A stretch of DNA of 46,014 nucleotides from Gammaproteobacteria bacterium. GTDB lineage: Bacteria; Pseudomonadota; Gammaproteobacteria; Steroidobacterales; MnTg04. Each line of letters opens with the position of its first letter. Position 1 is the first letter of the stretch. The notes below the pieces were generated by a model, which saw only the letters and a program-made list of their open reading frames with translations, did not search any database and had not been told where the DNA came from. Positions 45,684-46,014 of the stretch are shown here, piece by piece. The stretch is from assembly GCA_036443455.1 (NCBI GenBank), contig JAZFYI010000197.1, forward strand, positions 1 through 46,014. Reading direction: 5' to 3'. The position numbers were made by a program, and so were the translations under genes.

Positions 45684-46014
45684 GTGGCACCAGATATTGC
45701 ACAACTCTTAACCTTTTCGGTGAAAAATAACGCCTCTGACCTTCATTTGTCAGCAGAAATGCCGCCATTAATCCGTGTGGACGGGGATGTCAAAAGGCTC
45801 AATATGCCGGCGCTATCGCACAAGGAAGTCCACGCGATGATGTACGACATCATGAACGATAAACAGCGTAAGGATTTTGAAGAATTTTTCGAAACCGATT
45901 TTTCGTTTGAAATTCCCAAGCTGGCACGATTCAGGGTCAATGCGTACAACCAGCATCGTGGTGCAGCCGCCGTATTCAGAACGATTCCCTCGATAATCTT
46001 GTCGTTGGATGACT
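45684..46014 (+). CDS. pilT: type IV pilus twitching-motility ATPase PilT, N-terminal part (runs off the window)
   Basis: Absent from the ORF track because it is open at the edge. Hand translation from GTG 45684 gives MAPDIAQLLTFSVKNNASDLHLSAEMPPLIRVDGDVKRLNMPALSHKEVHAMMYDIMNDKQRKDFEEFFETDFSFEIPKLARFRVNAYNQHRGAAAVFRTIPS. AGGGA lies 7 nt upstream. Confidence 0.9.
   Translation, partial: MAPDIAQLLTFSVKNNASDLHLSAEMPPLIRVDGDVKRLNMPALSHKEVHAMMYDIMNDKQRKDFEEFFETDFSFEIPKLARFRVNAYNQHRGAAAVFRTIPSIILSLDD

Noticed and set aside
1-46014. A scan for CRISPR arrays, tandem repeats, IS elements or transposases, integrases, prophage genes, toxin-antitoxin pairs and known defence genes.
   Set aside because: I saw no regularly spaced direct repeats and no ORF with transposase, integrase, nuclease-helicase or reverse-transcriptase motifs. 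The only repeat-like structures are the two palindromic elements reported above.

Overview
This 46 kb window looks like chromosomal DNA from a Gammaproteobacteria-like organism with moderately high GC. That placement rests on gene content and order only. Most of it is conserved housekeeping. On the minus strand sits the macromolecular-synthesis operon rpsU-yqeY-dnaG-rpoD, followed by a tRNA with a CAU anticodon. Other core genes are tsaD-folB-folK, an SDR reductase next to the folate genes, uppP, cca, degP/degQ, a split B12-dependent class II ribonucleotide reductase (nrdJa/nrdJb) with NrdR boxes, pruA, rocD, msrB, yggS-yggT and a partial pilT. I found no CRISPR array, rRNA, transposase, integrase, phage gene or recognisable defence gene. 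I cannot point to a clear multi-gene novel system. The parts that known families explain least are these:
- A 338-nt structured spacer between nrdJa and nrdJb carries a Trp-rich 72-codon ORF that is translationally coupled to nrdJb.
- Two intergenic palindromic elements (20662-20819 and 26501-26732) have different arms but share a roughly 60-bp core, including a 26/29 ungapped match.
- A 641-aa protein combines a receiver-like domain, one TM helix, a long helical region and a TonB C-terminal domain.
- An orphan ParF-like ATPase is surrounded by unannotated small ORFs and palindromes.
- A tightly packed cluster encodes envelope proteins and ends in a second TonB_C protein.
- cbpA is frameshifted at a T7 run that sits in a terminator-like hairpin.
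- A three-cysteine MerR-type regulator has no metal-resistance genes nearby.
All product calls come from reading motifs in the supplied translations. No database search was run.
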